From assembly GCA_002269645.1 (NCBI GenBank), contig NIVC01000223.1, positions 34,661-98,660 of the forward strand: a DNA stretch of 64,000 bases, read 5' to 3'. Source of the stretch: Macrostomum lignano. Lineage: Eukaryota. The translations under genes and the position numbers were made by a program. Below, in pieces: positions 42,597 through 54,150 of the stretch; the first letter of the stretch is position 1; the number at the start of each line of letters is the position of its first letter. Below the pieces are notes generated by a model that saw only the letters and a list, made by a program, of their open reading frames with translations, searched no databases and was not told the DNA's origin.

Positions 42597-43715
42597 CCAA
42601 TCAACCAACCAACCAATCAACCAATCAATCAATCAACCAACCAACCTATCAACCAACCAACCAACCAATCAACCAACCAACCAATCAATCAATCAGTCAA
42701 CCCATCAATCAATTAACCAATCAATCAATCAATCAATTAATCAATCAATCAATCAACTAATCAACCAATCAACCAACCAATCAACCAATCAACCAACCAA
42801 CCAATCAACCAACCAATCAATCAATCAATCAATCAACCAATCAACCAACCAACCAATCAACCAATCAACCAACCAACCAACCAATCAATCAATCAATCAA
42901 TCATTCAACCAACCAACCAACCAACCAACCAGGTTCATGCCGAAGGTATTCCGTCGGCAGAAGTCGGTGCTGGTGAGCTCGTCCAGCACCAGCACCAACG
43001 GTACAGGCACGGCTGAAAGACCAGGGAAACGATCATCGTCTACTTCTAGTAGTACGGTAGTGTTTGGCGTGCCGCTGTCCACAGTGCAGATCAGATGCGG
43101 GCAGCCACTGCCTGCCGGAATTGTGCATCTCATGAGACAGCTGAGGAAGTAAGCGATTATTTGGATAAATACTCGTCATAGAGATGCTAAAGTACTTTTC
43201 ATTAAGCGGTTAAAAGCCGTAGCCTGGGCCGCTGGCGAGATACGAGTATTACTATAACTATTACTATAATAGAAAAGCTTTAACCTAAAAAATAAAACTC
43301 CAACGTTTTTTCAACTACTGATAATAGTGAGTAGCTTGCGCGAACATTATCGCCAAATATAAACAAATTGTCAGATGCGGCGTAGCGGCGCACGGAATTT
43401 TCCGTCGGGCCGGCGGTCGGGCCCGAGTGGCCGCGCTGAAGTCCCGGCTGGACGCGAACCCGGACGAGGCAGATTTTGCCAATTGTCAGCCGTACGATCT
43501 GGCGGATGTGGTGAAGTTGTACCTCAGAGAGCTGCCCGAGTGTCTCATTACTCAGCGCCTGTCGCCAACGCTGATGGATATTTTTACCTACGTCAAGTCT
43601 GAGGATGCCCGCTTGCTGGCTATGCAGGTGCGAGATGATGGGGGAATTCTTTTTGAATCGATTTTAAAGACAGACAGACGGACAGACAGACAGACAGGCA
43701 GGCAGGCAGGCAGGC

Positions 43716-43754
<39 letters not shown>

Positions 43755-46700
43755 TCACTGTTTCCCACTTCCCGCAGGCCTCAATGCTCCTGTTACCTGA
43801 CGAGAATCGTGAAGTACTCCAAGCGCTGCTGTACTTCCTCAACGATTTCGCCGACTGCGCGGAGACATCGCAGATGGGCGCGTCGAACCTCGCCGTCTGC
43901 CTGGCGCCCTCGCTGTTCTACTTTCCACACGAGGCCGCTACCGGCGTCGGCATTGGAGGTCGCGACGCAGTGTCGCCGAGAAGATTGAGACGGGCGACAG
44001 GTGAGCTGCTGGATTGAGTCTGTGTACGATCAAGATTACAGAAACCGTACAACGTAGATTACAGAATCTGTACAGGGTAGATTACACAGAAGCTGTACAG
44101 GGTAGATTACACAGAAGCTGTACAGGGTAGATTACAGAAGCTGTACAGGGTAGATTACACAGAATCTGTACAGGGTAGATTTCAGAAGCTGTACAGGGTA
44201 GATTACAGAATCTGTACAGGGTAGATTACACAATCTGTACAGGGTAGATTACACAGAATCTGTACAGGGTAGATTACAGAAGCTGTACAGGGTAGATTAC
44301 ACAGAATCTGTACAGGGTAGATTTCAGAAGCTGTACAGGGTAGATTACACAGAAGCTGTACAGGGTAGATTACAGAAGCTGTACAGGGTAGATTACAGAA
44401 TCTGTACAGGGTAGATTACACAATCTGTACAGGGTAGATTACACAGAATCTGTACAGGGTAGATTACAGAATCTGTACAGGGTGGATTACAGAATCTGTA
44501 CAGTGTAGATTACAGAATCTGTACAGGGTAGATTACACAGAATCTGTACAGGGTAGATTACACAGAATCTGTACAGGGTAGATTACACAGAATCTGTACA
44601 GGGTAGATTACAGAATCTGTACATGGTAGATTACACAATCTGTACAGGGTAGATTACACAGAATCTGTACAGGGTAGATTACAGAAGCTGTACAGGGTAG
44701 ATTACAGAAGCTGTACAGGGTAGATTACAGAATCTGTACAGGGTAGATTACAGAATATGTACAGGGTAGATTACACAGAATCTGTACAGGGTAGATTACA
44801 CAGAATCTGTACAGGGTAGATTACACAGAATCTGTACAGGGTAGATTACACAGAATCTGTACAGGGTAGATTACAGAACCTGTACAGGGTAGATTACACA
44901 GAATCTGTACAGGGTAGATTACAGAACCTGTACAGGGTAGATTACAGAATCTGTACAGGGTAGATTACAGAACCTGTACAGGGTAGATTACAGAACCTGT
45001 ACAGGGTAGATTACAGAATCTGTACAGGGTAGATTACAGAACCTGTACAGGGTAGATTACAGAACCTGTACAGGGTAGATTACACAGAAGCTGTACAGGG
45101 TAGATTACAGAACCTGTACAGGGTAGATTACAGAAGCTGTACAGGGTAGATTACAGAACCTGTACACACAATCTTCATTGCCGTCATCACTCCAGGCGTG
45201 CCCGACTCTCGCGACCTCGCCGACCACCGGGCAGCCACGGCCTGTCTGACATTCATGATCGAGTCCTGCCATCAGCTGTTCATGCTGCCAGACTCAATTC
45301 ACAGCAAGCCGCAGTCGAAGCAGTCAAAGCAGCTGGAGCAAGAGACGCAGCTGCATCAGTCGAAGCATCCACCGTTAAGTCTGGACTCGGTGGCGCCCAG
45401 AGACTCGAGCGGCCGAAGGCACTGCTTTGCATTCGCCGACAACCATGCCCAACTTCTGGCCAGAGAGTGCGGCGAGACAGCCGCGGCGGCTGGCAAATGG
45501 CGACAGTTCAGCCTGCGGAGCGGTGTGGAGACTTTCTCCAGGTCCGTGGCTGACGGGCACCCTCTGAGAATGTGGAAGGCTGTCATGGGCATCGACGCTG
45601 ATCCTGGCGATGTGCTCAACAAAATTATTGCCGAAAGGTCAGTAAAGAGAACTTTTCAAATTTAAATATTAATTCTTGGAACGACGAATGGATTTCTAGG
45701 AAAATTCAGACTACCTTATAGAAATCCAAGGTTGAATGATTTCTACGAAATTTTAATGATTTTTACTAAAGTCAAAAATATTTTTTAACAGTTTGAAGAA
45801 TTTCAAAATATGTTAAAAAGTTTTAAAGAATTTTAAAAAAACATAAACGTTTCTTAAAACATCAATAATTCCGAGAAAGGTTGAAAGTTTTTAAAGAAAA
45901 GCTGAATGATTTCTAAGAAAGTTTCAAGAATTTCTAAGAAAAATGATATAATTTCCAAGAAATTTAAAAGAATTTTTTTAAAATATCATTGTTTCCAGGA
46001 AAAAGAAAACGATTTTCGAGAAAAAAAATCATTAGCAAAATAATGAAATTTAAAAAAAACCAATACTTTTTAAGAAGGGTTTAAAAATTTCAAAAAAATT
46101 TGAAATATTTTTGAAAAAAATTTATTTCGAAAAAAACTTTGAAGAATCATTTCAAAAAGAAGTCGGTCATTTAAAAAAAAGATTGAAATAATTCAAAGAA
46201 AGTTTGAATTATTTCTAAGAAAGATTGAAGAATTTCTAAGAAATTAAAATGAAATCGAAAAAATATTTTTTTTCAAGAAAGGTTAAAGGACGAAAAAATA
46301 AAAAAACCACACTGGGCGAAAAACTTTCTACGAAGGGCTGACGGATTCGCAAGAAAAATTCGTGAATTGTCAATCGGAGCTAATAAAATTCCAAGAAAAA
46401 AGCAACAAACTTCCATGAGGCCAATAGACTTAGATTATAAAAAGCAAAAGCTTTTTAAAGAGGTTATTATTCGTTAGAAATTTCTTAGAAAAGATCATAT
46501 AATTCCAAGAAACGAAACCCAGACAACTTTAGAGCTCTAAAAACCAATCAACCAGCTCGATCAACCTCAATTGTTGTCCAGGCCCAGCTGGGACCCGGAC
46601 ATTCTGTCCGCCCACACTGTCGAGGCCATAGACGATAGCGCGGAGGTCGTCCGTTTCGGTGTCGCTTCGCCGCCGGCTCAACCGGCCAGAGAGGCCTGTC

Positions 46701-47002
46701 TGTTGCGCACCTGGCGATCTGATAGCGCCAGCAGTCACCGGCTGCACTCGGTGTCCGTGCAGCTGCAGCCGAGCCATCAGACTGTGCAGATTCACGTGCT
46801 CAATGAGGACTGGCTGCTCGAGCGCGTACCCGGCGCCGGCAGGTCGTCATCGCCCAGATGCCGAGTGACCCTGCTGTCCCGAGTTGACCTGCGCGGTCGC
46901 AGCATAGATTGGTACAACCGCATCTGGGGCCACAGCATCGCCAGGGCTTTGGTGCACCTGAGAAAATCGTTTGCCGTAGCTAAGTCTACGGGAAATCGAT
47001 AA
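41522..47002 (+). CDS. DLC1/STARD13-like: RhoGAP + START domain protein of the DLC1/STARD13/STARD8 (crossveinless-c) family, core exons
   Basis: Exons 41522-42023, 42933-43148, 43375-43627, 43778-44000, 45196-45637, 46582-47002 join in frame. Motifs match the DLC family: FRWSSF..HRPSL, TW|FMPK, VFGVPL..GQPLP, arginine finger [58 protein letters not shown] and [10 protein letters not shown]. An in-frame ATG at 41506 is an alternative start. Confidence 0.92.
42082..42930. repeat. (AATC)n/(AACC)n microsatellite filling a RhoGAP intron
   Basis: Runs directly into the acceptor AG at 42931-42932. Confidence 0.96.
43670..43754. repeat. (GACA)n/(GGCA)n in the 150-nt RhoGAP intron
   Basis: Direct inspection. 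Confidence 0.92.
44035..45165. repeat. 23/25-bp minisatellite TGTACAGGGTAGATTAC(AC)AGAATC
   Basis: Direct inspection. Confidence 0.97.
45720..46520. repeat. A-rich degenerate low-complexity intron (AAGAATTTCTAAGAAA-like motifs)
   Basis: Very AT-rich, loosely repeated motifs. Confidence 0.55.
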
Positions 47003-47164
47003 GAGCTCACTTATTTATTGGCAGAAATAATTAACACACGAGCTATTTACTATTCTTTTGAATTTTGAAATCAGCTGAGGACCTTTGCGAGATGTGGGTT
47101 AAAAGATCTATAGGCCATGAAATTGAATACTTTATATCGATTGAGACTAGACCAGAAGACAGAA

Positions 47165-47765
47165 GGAGAGGAGAGGAGACGAAACGAAATGAAATGAAGA
47201 GAGAAGAGAAGATGAGAAGAGAGAAAAGAAGAGAGGAGAGAAGATGGGAGAGAAGATAAGAGAGGAGAGGAGAGGGGAGAGAAAAGAGGAGAGGAGAGAG
47301 GAGAGGAGAGGAGAGGAGAGGAGAGGAGAGGAGAGGAGAGGAGAGGAGAGGAGAGGAGAGGAGAAAAGAGGAAAGAAAAGGAGGGGAGCGGAGATGAGGG
47401 GAGCGGAGATGAGGGGAGCGGAGAGGAGAGGAGGGGAGAGGAGAGGAGAGGAGAGGAGAGAGGAGAAGAGAGGATAGGAGAGGAGAGGAGAGGAGAGGAG
47501 AGGAGAAAAGAGGAAAGAAAAGGAGGGGAGCGGAGATGAGGGGAGCGGAGATGAGGGGAGCGGAGATGAGGGGAGTGGAGATGAGGGGAGCGGAGATGAG
47601 GGGAGCGGAGAGGAGAGGAGGGGAGAGGAGAGGAAAGGAGTGGAGAGGAGAGGAGAGGAGAGGAGAGGATAGGAGAGGAGAGGAGAGGAGAGGAGAAAGG
47701 AGGAAAGAAAAGGAGGGGAGCGCAGAGGAGAGGAGAGGAGGAGAGGAGAGAGGATAGAAGAGGGG
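47165..47765. repeat. (GGAGA)n plus 15-bp GCGGAGATGAGGGGA array
   Basis: Related array at 49705-50035. Confidence 0.92.
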
Positions 47766-48469
47766 AGAGTGCAAGCAGACAAAGGCAGACAGTGCAAAAC
47801 AGCCACACTTGCATGCAAGTAGTCCGTGGTCAGCCACCTCACAGATCAGTATCACAGAGTTAGAGACTATTATTAGAAAACGTGGAAACCCCAAAACCAG
47901 AGACAGTTGCTGATTAGGAAAATATTTATTGAATTTCACCAACTACCAGAGCGTATCGCTCTAATTATTGTTTTTATTGAACTGCATAACCTCTGTGCAA
48001 TCTGCCTGGCTAATTTTGCTTCCAGTTCCGCGAGTCTGTCACACTGGCATAGTCATTTTTTCGCTTTTAAAATAAATAAATTCGAAATCCAACAGACCGA
48101 CAATCCTCTCTGCTGCAATAATCATAGTTTTTGCAACTCACAATATCGCTGAATTTCTCTGTGTAAATAACAGCTTGCATAGTTGCCAATAATGAGATAT
48201 ATTACATTATATAACATTTAAAACTGTTAAGATTTTTATTTATTTACCGGTAGGAAAACATTTTTATTGTTTTTTTCTGAAACCAAATTCTGCTTTTTAT
48301 AGAACAGACGTGCTTTAATCAAGTTTAAGTATCGCTTTATACTACTAAGCTAGTTCGTGTCAAGTAGTATTTGCGCCTCAAGATTTACTCGTTAATTAAT
48401 AAATAAATATTAATTATTTTTGTTCTCATCAATTCCAACGGTAACGACTGTTCTCTGTGAGTCTTACAT

Positions 48470-49480
48470 TTGTCCTGTCAATGTCCTCTCTGTGTCCTGC
48501 CAATGTCCTCCCTGTGTCCTGCCAATGTCCTCCCTGTGTCCTTCCAATGTCCTCCAGCTGTGTCCTTCCAATGTCCTCCAGCTGTGTCCTTCCAATGTCC
48601 TCCCTGTGTCCTTCCAAAGTCCTCTCTGTGTCCTGCCAATGTCCTCTCTATGCCCTTCCAATGTCCTCTCTGTGCCCTTCCAATGTCCTCCCTGTGTCCT
48701 TCCAATGTCCTCTCTGTGTCCTGCCAATGTCCTCCCTGTGTCCTGCCAATGCCCTCCCTGTGTCCTTCCAATGTCCTCCAGCTGTGTCCTTCCAATGTCC
48801 TCCAGCTGTGTCCTTCCAATGTCCTCCCTGTGTCCTTCCAAAGTCCTCTCTGTGTCCTGCCAATGTCCTCTCTATGCCCTTCCAATGTCCTCTCTGTGCC
48901 CTTCCAATGTCCTCCCTGTGTCCTGCCAATGTCCTCTCTGTGTCCTGCCAATGTCCTCCCTGTGTCCTGCCAATATCCTCCCTGTGTCCTTCCAATGTCC
49001 TCCCTGTGTCCTGCCAATGTCCTCTCTGTGCCCTGCCAATGTCCTCTCTGTGCCCTTCCAATGTCCTCTCTGTGCCCTTCCAATGTCCTCCCTGTGTCCT
49101 TCTAATGTCCTCCAGCTGTGTCCTTCCAATGTCCTCCCTGTGTCCTGCCAATGTCCTCTCTGTGTCCTGCCAATGTCCTCCCTGTGTCCTGCCAATGTCC
49201 TCTCTGTGTCCTGCCAATGTCCTCCCTGTGTCCTGCCAATATCCTCCCTGTGTCCTTCCAATGTCCTCCCTGTGTCCTGCCAATGTCCTCTCTGTGCCCT
49301 GCCAATGTCCTCTCTGTGCCCTTCCAATGTCCTCTCTGTGCCCTTCCAATGTCCTCCCTGTGTCCTTCTAATGTCCTCCAGCTGTGTCCTTCCAATGTCC
49401 TCCCTGTGTCCTGCCAATGTCCTCTGTGTCCTGCCAATGTCCTCCCTGTGTCCTGCCAATGTCCTCCCAGTGTCCTGCCA
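48470..49480. repeat. 22-bp minisatellite CCAATGTCCTCCCTGTGTCCTG
   Basis: Source of the CPANVLPVSCQ / GHREDIGRT ORFs. Confidence 0.96.
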
Positions 49481-49704
49481 GTGCCATACCCGTGTCATTT
49501 CTGTGTGCCCTTCCAGTGTCATCTTTTAAGTTATCTGGCATGCACGTGTCATACCTTTCATACCTGTGTCATCCTTACGTAGTTTTGGGAGTTTGTGAAC
49601 TCCAGTATAATGAAACAAAGTTAATCTAATGAAAATCAGAACATAAAAAGAGTCTATTAAACAGTCGAAGTTCTCACGCACTGGCTCTGGGAAGTGAGCT
49701 AGAG

Positions 49705-50035
49705 GACGAGAGGGGAGAGGAGGAAAGGAGGGGAGTGGAGAGGAGGGGAGCGGAGAGGAGGGGAGCGGAGAGGAGGGGAGCGGAGAGGAGGGGAGCGGAG
49801 AGGAGGGGAGCGGAGAGGAGGGGAGCGGAGAGGTGGGCGGAGAGGAGGGGAGAGGAGGGAAGAAGAGAGGAGAGAGGAGAGGAGAGGAGGGAAGAAAGGA
49901 GGAAAGGAAAGGAGGGGAGCGGAGAGGAGAGGAGAGAAGAGAGGGAATAGAGAGAATAAGGAGAAGAGGAGAGAAGAGAGAAGATAGGAGAGGAGAAGAG
50001 GAGAGAGGAGAGGAAAGGAGATGAAAGAAAAATGG
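49705..50035. repeat. 15-bp GCGGAGAGGAGGGGA / GA-rich array
   Basis: Direct inspection. Confidence 0.9.
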
Positions 50036-50599
50036 GAGAAAAAACAACACTAATACACAGAATGAATCCCATTCATGCCAAAGTATCCTCAATGACTTGA
50101 TGACGTCAACAATGATGAATCCTGAAGACCCGGTTAGTGACATGTCACTTTTATCACGGAACTTGGTGAAGACCAAAAAACAAAAAAAAAACAAAAAAAC
50201 TTCTCAACTTCTCAAAAATTTTAAGAATTCGCAAACCACAAAAGTTTTGCTGAATAAAAAAGTGTACAAAAACGCTAAGTTGATCGTGTAAAATTGTGTA
50301 TTTTGATAATTTCTACTGGCCTTTATAAATAGAAATAAGCAAATCATCTATACAACTTCATATTTTTATCAATGTAATGTATACATAAAGTTGATGAACC
50401 TGTAAACAATAAAATAGGCGTTTTCTTCTACTGATAGTAGCAATATAAGAATTTTGAAATAGAAGTTTATATGGAAGACAATAGATTTTTAAAATATTTA
50501 TAAAAGAAACTATGCATAACTAAGGAACGTACTCGTATTATTTTTTAGGCAAAATACGGAGAGAGAATGTTGTAAATACTACTTTCATATTGCTAACGC

Positions 50600-51350
50600 G
50601 TGATAGATAAGGAGATGGGGTGTTAGATGAGCTGATGGGGTATTAGATAAGGAGATATGGTGTTAGATAATCAGATGGGGTGTTAGATAAGCAGATGGGG
50701 TGTTAGATAAGCAGACGGGGTGTTAGGTAAGCAGATAGGGTGTTAGATAAGCAGACGGGGTGTTAGGTAAGCAGATGGGGGTGTTAGATAAGCAGATGGG
50801 GTGTTAGATAATCAGATGGGATGTTAGATAATCAGACGGGGTGTTAGGTAAGCAGATGGGATGTTAGATAATCAGACGGGGTGTTAGGTAAGCAGATGGG
50901 ATGTTAGGTAAGCAGATGGGGTGTTAGATAATCAGACGGGGTGTTAGATAAGCAGATGGGTGTTAGATAATCAGATGGGGTGTTAGATAAGCAGATGGGG
51001 TGTTAGATAATCAGACGGGGTGTTAGGTAAGCAATATAGGGTGTTAGATAAGCAGATGGGTGTTAGATAATCAGATGGGGTGTTAGATAAGCAGATAGGG
51101 TGTTAGATAATCAGACGGGGTGTTAGATAAGCAGATGGGTGTTAGATAATCAGATGGGGTGTTAGATAAGCAGATGGGGTGTTAGATAATCAGACGGGGT
51201 GTTAGGTAAGCAGATGGGGGTGTTAGATAAGCAGATGGGGTGTTAGATAATCAGATGGGATGTTAGATAATCAGACGGGGTGTTAGGTAAGCAGATAGGG
51301 TGTTAGGTAAGCAGATGGGGTGTTAGATAAGCAGATGGGGTGTTAGATAA
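50600..51350. repeat. 20-bp minisatellite GTGTTAGATAAGCAGATGGG (3' of the sulfotransferase)
   Basis: Direct inspection. Confidence 0.96.
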
Positions 51351-51408
51351 TCGGCTTATTGCTCCAGTAAAATCGCTACAAAAGTTCCAAAGAAGTATGC
51401 GAAAGGTT

Positions 51409-52377
51409 CTAAATATGGTAGGTAGGCTTGTACATCTGATCAAATCGTCCCAGGTGCTTAGCAACCAGCTCGTCAATCAGGAGGCTGTCCGCCTCATTAA
51501 AGTATCCACGCCAGTCGCCAACCTCGCCGCGTCGATAAAAACCGGTGCCCCGACCTTCGCCCTGGGCAAACAGGTGGCCCATATCGCTGCCTCGGTCGCG
51601 CCTCATCCGGTCAAATCCAACGGCATCGCAGATTCCAGTCAACAGCTCCTCAGTGAGCTCGGAAGCACCTTCCGGCATCAAGAATCGGTCGAGTTTTCGA
51701 ATGACCTCAGCTGGATTCGCTTTCAACTGCTCGTACTCAACTAGGATGACCCGATCAGCCGGCAGCTCTCCGCTAGCCAGAGAGGCAAGCAGCATCTCAT
51801 TGTGCTCAAAATACGAACCACCATCCAAAGTACCGGGCACAAAGAGACCTTTCAGAAAGGCTTGAAATTTGCCATTGTACTTGTAATCGGCAATCCGAGT
51901 GTAGTGATGATACAGCGATACAGCCACATCCTTTGGATTCCTAATTGGGCAGATGATTTTAACGCCATTAGACTGCAAAATCTGCTTTGGCAAAAGAGGC
52001 CACGGCAGGTGACAATTCAGCAGCCTTGGAGACGGTTGCGCATTCAAGACTGGCAGCTCAACAAACTCAAGCATCAGCTTCTCCTTGTTCACCGGACGCT
52101 GATGGCACTGCCGGCTGAGCAGGAAGTGGCAGATCTCGTGCAGCCAATGGGTGCCGCATTTCAGGTAGGCCCAGATCAGCACATCATCTTGACGAGGCTG
52201 GAATTCGCTTGGACAGTGCAGATTCTCTAATCTGTCTTCGATTCCCGTGAAGTCAACGACATAGTAACCGCGCCACAGGCGGCACTGAACTTCGTTGGCG
52301 TCGGTGTCTTGGCGAGTCACTTTGCCTTCGATCGGGGCGCCAGTTTGCGGGTCTAGATGGGGCGATTTTGTCGCCAT
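51409..52377 (-). CDS. Cytosolic PAPS-dependent sulfotransferase (SULT1-like fold), single exon, 322 aa
   Basis: RQDDVLIWAYLKCGTHW (5'-PSB loop), PRLLNCHLP (catalytic His), IRNPKDVAVSLYHH (3'-PB), FYRRGEVGDWRGYF (RKGxxGDWK motif). Uninterrupted ORF. Confidence 0.93.
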   Translation of the reverse strand: MATKSPHLDPQTGAPIEGKVTRQDTDANEVQCRLWRGYYVVDFTGIEDRLENLHCPSEFQPRQDDVLIWAYLKCGTHWLHEICHFLLSRQCHQRPVNKEKLMLEFVELPVLNAQPSPRLLNCHLPWPLLPKQILQSNGVKIICPIRNPKDVAVSLYHHYTRIADYKYNGKFQAFLKGLFVPGTLDGGSYFEHNEMLLASLASGELPADRVILVEYEQLKANPAEVIRKLDRFLMPEGASELTEELLTGICDAVGFDRMRRDRGSDMGHLFAQGEGRGTGFYRRGEVGDWRGYFNEADSLLIDELVAKHLGRFDQMYKPTYHI

Positions 52378-52619
52378 GGAAACTGAAGCGATCGGGAAAG
52401 GGTCTGGCTTGGATTTAGCAGGTTCTGCTTATAAACTCTGAGACTCGTAGAAACCAGAGCTAATTATATTGGGAGTATCGTATTTCAAGTTTATTCACAG
52501 CTTTGCAATAATAATTACCATTATTACAATTGCTGTAGAAGGGTGGAAGAAGTTAAAGGTAGATGATATAAGAACTAGGTTACATAGATATGGAGGTACG
52601 CATGGCAAATAGAATAGAT

Positions 52620-53200
52620 TAGGGAGGAGATGAAGTGTTATATTAATAGATAAACGGATTGCGGTGATAGATAAGGAGATGGGGCTTTAGATAAGGGCAT
52701 TGGGTGTTAGATAAGGACATTGGGTTAGATAAGGACATTGGGTTAGATAAGGACATTGGGTTAGATAAGGACATTGGGTTAGATAAGGACATTGGGTTAG
52801 ATAAGGACATTGGGTTAGATAAGGACATTGGGTGTTAGATAAGGACATTGGGTTAGATAAGGACATTGGGTTAGATAAGGAAATTGGGTTAGATAAGGAC
52901 ATTGGGTGTTAGATAAGGAAATTGGGTTAGATAAGGACATTGGGTGTTAGATAAGGACATTGGGTTAGATAAGGACATTGGGTTAGATAAGGACATTGGG
53001 TTAGATAAGGAAATTGGGTTAGATAAGGAAATTGGGTTAGATAAGGAGAGGAGGTGTTAGATAGGAAGATAGGGTGTGAGGTAAGAAAATGGGGTGTTAC
53101 ATAAGGATATAGGCTGTTGGGCAAGGACATCGGGTGTTAGATAAGTAGATAGGCTATTAAATAAGGAAATGAAGTGTTAGATAAGGATATTCGGGTGTTA
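52620..53200. repeat. 18/20-bp minisatellite TTAGATAAGGACATTGGG (5' of the sulfotransferase)
   Basis: Direct inspection. Confidence 0.95.
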
Positions 53201-53632
53201 AATAAAGATGAATGACATAACTAAAGGAAAGGTTGGCTAGATGCGTTCTTTATAAAAAAGCAAGCAAACAAGTAGATAATTATTACTGTAACATATAATG
53301 ATAAGCTGTTACTGAAGCTGGAGCCCACTGAAAGTAAAGCAATGGTTGTTTTTTAATCCTCAACTTGGGATAAGCGCTGATACAGTATATTTATAGTACA
53401 AATTTATTAAATGGCGTACAAAGTGAGGCACGTGCCGCAAACTAAACAGTGCAAGCTGTTGCCAAGAATATTACAAATTTTTAGAGAAAAAAAGCAAAAA
53501 TTATGGAAATTGCACACAGACTTATGGCAAAGCAGCCTATTGGTTGTCGGTGAGGGCTGGTGAGATTATTTTTGAAAAAAATTAATGAAATAAATTGCAA
53601 ATAAACAAAATTTTTAAAGCGCTCTTTTGCCG

Positions 53633-53637
<5 letters not shown>

Positions 53638-53685
<48 letters not shown>

Positions 53686-53692
53686 TCTCTCA
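53638..53692. repeat. (CT)n microsatellite
   Basis: Direct inspection. Confidence 0.95.
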
Positions 53693-53874
53693 CACGCTTG
53701 AGTTCAAAAGTTGGAAATGCAAGTTCTTGAAATAGGCTTGAACTGAATATATGCTAGTTTAATGTGTTGTTAATCTGTTTGCTAAACAAAAATATTCAGT
53801 TAGTGCAATCAGAGCCATAACGAATAAAAGTGATTATTCCTAGATTATCAGTTCCAAATCCTTGATCATGATAT

Positions 53875-54150
53875 ATCCCAGTTCACACTGATCCCAAATA
53901 TAGATATATACACGAATCCCAATTCACACTGATCCCAAATATAGATATATACACGAATCCCAATTCACACTGATCCCAAATATAGATATATACACGAATC
54001 CCAATTCACACTGATCCCAAATATAGATATATACACGAATCCCAATTCACACTGATCCCAAATATAGATATATACACGAATCCCAATTCACACTGATCCC
54101 TAATATAGATATATACACGAATCCCAATTCACACTGATCCCTAAATATAC
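53875..54150. repeat. 41-bp tandem repeat CCCAATTCACACTGATCCCAAATATAGATATATACACGAAT, about 6.5 copies
   Basis: TTCACACT recurs at 53882 and 53923. Confidence 0.96.

Noticed and set aside
51409-52377. Horizontal transfer, or identity with the schistosome oxamniquine-activating sulfotransferase
   Set aside because: The motifs are of the ordinary animal cytosolic SULT type and composition matches the host exons. Lack of introns alone is not evidence of transfer.
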